This document shows, in pieces, positions 61,599-64,000 of a stretch of DNA of 64,000 nucleotides. Position numbers and translations under genes: made by a program. This DNA comes from Bianqueaceae bacterium (GTDB taxonomy: Bacteria; Bacillota; Clostridia; Lachnospirales; Bianqueaceae), in the NCBI GenBank assembly GCA_045599825.1, contig JAZRWR010000113.1, positions 3,938 through 67,937 of the forward strand, in the 5' to 3' direction. Numbering within the stretch: position 1 is the stretch's first letter; the number at the start of each line of letters is the position of its first letter. The notes under the pieces were generated by a model. The model saw only the letters and a list, made by a program, of their open reading frames with translations, searched no databases and was not told the DNA's origin.

Positions 61599-63217
61599 TA
61601 CTGCTTCCCCCTTTCATAGAAAGAACTCTTGTGCGCCTCATTCAGATAGGCGGTCGCAGGGCCGCGCATGTCGGCAGAGAGCATGTCCTCCACGGTGATG
61701 CCGTAGGCGACGGCCGTTTCGCGCGCGTAGCTGTTGCCCTCGGGCTCGGCCTCGTGCAGCTGATAGGCGTGCACCATGGCGCCGGCCGCCTCATCAAAGC
61801 GGGATTCGGTGATCAGCGAGTGCAGCCGGGGCTCAAGCTCATCAGGCAGACTGGCGCGCAGCAGGAAGTAGACATCGTAGAGATGCGTGACCAGAAGCAG
61901 GGGGATGCCGCGCTCCAGAAAGCGGCGGCTGATGTCCGCACAGATGGACATGGCCTCCAGGGGATTGGTGCTGGTCAGGGGCTCATTGAAGAGCACCAGA
62001 TCGGCAGGGCCGGCGTTTTGCGTGATCTCGGAAATGCGGTTGATTTCGATGCCCATGCGGGACGCGTCCATTGAATCGTCCTCGCCGGCGGAGAAGAGGG
62101 TATAAAGCCCGGAAACGGGCGTGAATGCGAAGGAGACGGCAGGTACGTTGTAGCCCAGCTGAGCCAGGATCAGGCTCTGTCCGACGGTCTTCAGGTAGGA
62201 GGTCTTGCCGGAGTGATTGGCGCCTGTGACCAGATAGATGTCCTCGCGCTTGAGGGAGATGTCGTTTCCGCAGGCATCGGGAAGATTGAGCAGAAGATCC
62301 GGATAGTGCAGATTGCGCGCGGAGAGAAGGTCAGGGCTATCCGCGGCCGCATGCGGCTCGGGACGGCAGAAGGGCGCCCGTGTGCGCATGAACAGATCGC
62401 GCAGCTTCATGCCCAGAAGCAGCCAGCTGAGCTCCTCGTTCAGCGAGGTGAAGGCCTCGTATTCGGGAAGCTGCGCGTTCATGAGCAGCTTGCGGGCCTT
62501 CGGCAGCACGCTCTTCCAGCGCTTTTCAAGCGTGCGGTTGATGTATTCGTCAAAGTGGAAGCCGTACAGGCGGCTGTTGTAGGAGAATTCAGCGGAAAGG
62601 CTGTTGGCCTCTTCCTCGTGGCGGCGGGCCATCAGAAGCGAATTGGGACTTTCCTCTTCAAAGGACTGACCGACCAGGGAGTATTCCTGCGGGGTCCCGT
62701 CCTCGCGGACATTGATACCCAGGTAGAGGTTGGCCGGAAGCTCCATCATGCCGTGCACCGTGTCAAGGGCCTCGCGGACCGCAGCGGAATCGGCCTTCAG
62801 AGCCTCAAAAAAGGCCTTTAAAGCGCACAAACGCTCCGAAGAGAGAGTTTGGTCAAGAATGGCGCAGAAGGCGTCTACAGCCCCGATAAAGCGCTCGTCG
62901 CGCCGCGTCAGATAGAGGACCTCATCCAGTCGGGTCAGACTGCGCTCATACTTTTCGTGCTCGGCCGGCACCGCACGAAGATCGTTCAGAGCGGCCTCGA
63001 AGACGGCGGTATCGGCACCGCTCAAGTCGTTCATCATCGCACTGCGCGCCGTAAGCTCGGACGGATCGGAGCAGAAATAGCGCTTCAGCCAGCTGAGCAT
63101 TTCGTCCCGGCTGAGAGCTTCGTCGGCGCGGCTCAGCAGATTCAGAACGTCCAGATCGTGCAGGACCTGATCGCTCAGCCGGGTGCTCCTGTCAAATTGA
63201 ATCAAAGTGGGTTTCAA
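61598..63217 (-). CDS. MutS-domain-V-type ABC ATPase lacking mismatch-recognition domains (539 aa, upstream paralog)
   Basis: YLVTGANHSGKTSYLKTVGQ, DLVLFNEPLTSTNP, VTHLY. TTG start at 63217, 8 nt after GGAG. The stop overlaps the downstream paralog start (TAATG). Confidence 0.75.
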   Translation of the reverse strand: MKPTLIQFDRSTRLSDQVLHDLDVLNLLSRADEALSRDEMLSWLKRYFCSDPSELTARSAMMNDLSGADTAVFEAALNDLRAVPAEHEKYERSLTRLDEVLYLTRRDERFIGAVDAFCAILDQTLSSERLCALKAFFEALKADSAAVREALDTVHGMMELPANLYLGINVREDGTPQEYSLVGQSFEEESPNSLLMARRHEEEANSLSAEFSYNSRLYGFHFDEYINRTLEKRWKSVLPKARKLLMNAQLPEYEAFTSLNEELSWLLLGMKLRDLFMRTRAPFCRPEPHAAADSPDLLSARNLHYPDLLLNLPDACGNDISLKREDIYLVTGANHSGKTSYLKTVGQSLILAQLGYNVPAVSFAFTPVSGLYTLFSAGEDDSMDASRMGIEINRISEITQNAGPADLVLFNEPLTSTNPLEAMSICADISRRFLERGIPLLLVTHLYDVYFLLRASLPDELEPRLHSLITESRFDEAAGAMVHAYQLHEAEPEGNSYARETAVAYGITVEDMLSADMRGPATAYLNEAHKSSFYERGKQ

Positions 63218-63370
63218 ACTGATATCTCCTGAAAAGATAATATACCATGTTGTATTGTAGCATTATTCAACGGCGGACGCAAGTGGGAATAAAGGGGCCT
63301 TCCTTGACAAACGAAGCCGCCGCAAGTACAATGAGCCAAAAGCTAACGGAAAGCTCTCACGGAGGTCACC

Positions 63371-64000
63371 ATGACAGAAAAACTTAAGTGCGGCATCATC
63401 GGAACCGGCTGGATCGCCGGCAATTACGCAGACAGCTTCAGCCGCCTCACGGACTGCCGCATCACGGCCGTCGCCGACCACACCCGCGCCAAAGCCGAGG
63501 CCTTCTGCCGTCGCTTCGGCCTGACGGACACCCGCATCTATGAAAGCGACAGCGACATGCTCGCGGCCGAAGAACTGGATATGGTCTGCGTCTGCACCGC
63601 CAACGGCATGCACGCGCCCTGTTCCGTCGCCGCCATGAAGAAGGGCGTCCACGTTCTCTGCGAAAAGCCCATGAGCGTCACCCTCGACGAAGCACGCGAA
63701 ATGGTCCGCGTGAGCGAGGAGAGCGGCTGCCTCCTCTCCATCGCCTTCCAGCCCCGCATGGACGCCAACATGCGCAAGCTCAAGGAAATCGTGCAAAGCG
63801 GCCTCCTGGGACAGGTCTACTACGTCCAGACCGGCGGCGGCCGCCGCCGCGGAATCCCCACGCCCTTCGGCACCTCCTTCATCGAAAAGAAAAACGCCGG
63901 TCTCGGCGCCCTCGGCGACATCGGCTGCTACAGCCTCGACATGGTCCTGAACGCCCTCGGCTACCCAAAGCCCCTTACCGTCTCCGGCTACACCTCCCGC
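63371..64000 (+). CDS. Gfo/Idh/MocA family NAD(P)-dependent oxidoreductase, 3'-truncated by the window edge
   Basis: Hand-translated from ATG 63371 (GGAGG at 63361). Sequence: MTEKLKCGIIGTGWIAGNYA (Rossmann GxGxxG), VCEKPM, open to base 64000. Not in the ORF track because no stop lies in the window. Confidence 0.85.
   Translation, partial: MTEKLKCGIIGTGWIAGNYADSFSRLTDCRITAVADHTRAKAEAFCRRFGLTDTRIYESDSDMLAAEELDMVCVCTANGMHAPCSVAAMKKGVHVLCEKPMSVTLDEAREMVRVSEESGCLLSIAFQPRMDANMRKLKEIVQSGLLGQVYYVQTGGGRRRGIPTPFGTSFIEKKNAGLGALGDIGCYSLDMVLNALGYPKPLTVSGYTSR

Overview
64 kb chromosomal segment from a high-G+C, spore-forming Firmicute, probably Clostridia. This is inferred from a GerW/YtfI pair, a CIRCE operator and the dcw cluster layout. 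I saw no rRNA, CRISPR array, transposase or integrase.

Layout:
- 1-8.9 kb: glycoside-hydrolase cluster (two GH3, GH2 beta-galactosidase, GH51-like, SGNH esterase).
- 8.9-17.5 kb: housekeeping and membrane genes (MATE, YggS, HdeD-like, PIG-L, PAP2, NUDIX, CorA, symporter).
- 17.5-33.1 kb: a co-directional accessory island and the main place to look for something new. It has a CpsB-type phosphatase and two tandem fused Wzz/BY-tyrosine-kinases with extreme YGK tails, but no sugar-polymer genes. These are followed by an ABC exporter, a soluble S26-like peptidase, a radical SAM/SPASM enzyme with PqqD, an Lgt-like paralog, a 968-aa vWA surface protein, an unlisted 54-codon ORF, and an HPr-kinase-like/PqqD/nucleotidyltransferase triad.
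- 33.2-34.6 kb: class IV aminotransferase and a four-tRNA operon.
- 34.7-37.3 kb: an 864-aa TetM/EF-G-like translational GTPase fused in frame to a Rae1/YacP NYN RNase domain. This is the second main candidate.
- 37.4-43.1 kb: ABC exporter, Lit-like protein, YtfI/GerW, and CIRCE with hsp20.
- 43.2-54.6 kb: dcw cluster from mraZ to ftsZ.
- 54.7-64 kb: nadK, acyl-CoA ligase, yerC-iorAB, a translationally coupled pair of MutS-domain-V ATPases, and a 3'-truncated Gfo/Idh/MocA oxidoreductase.

All functional calls rest on by-eye motif recognition and remembered family signatures. No searches were run.
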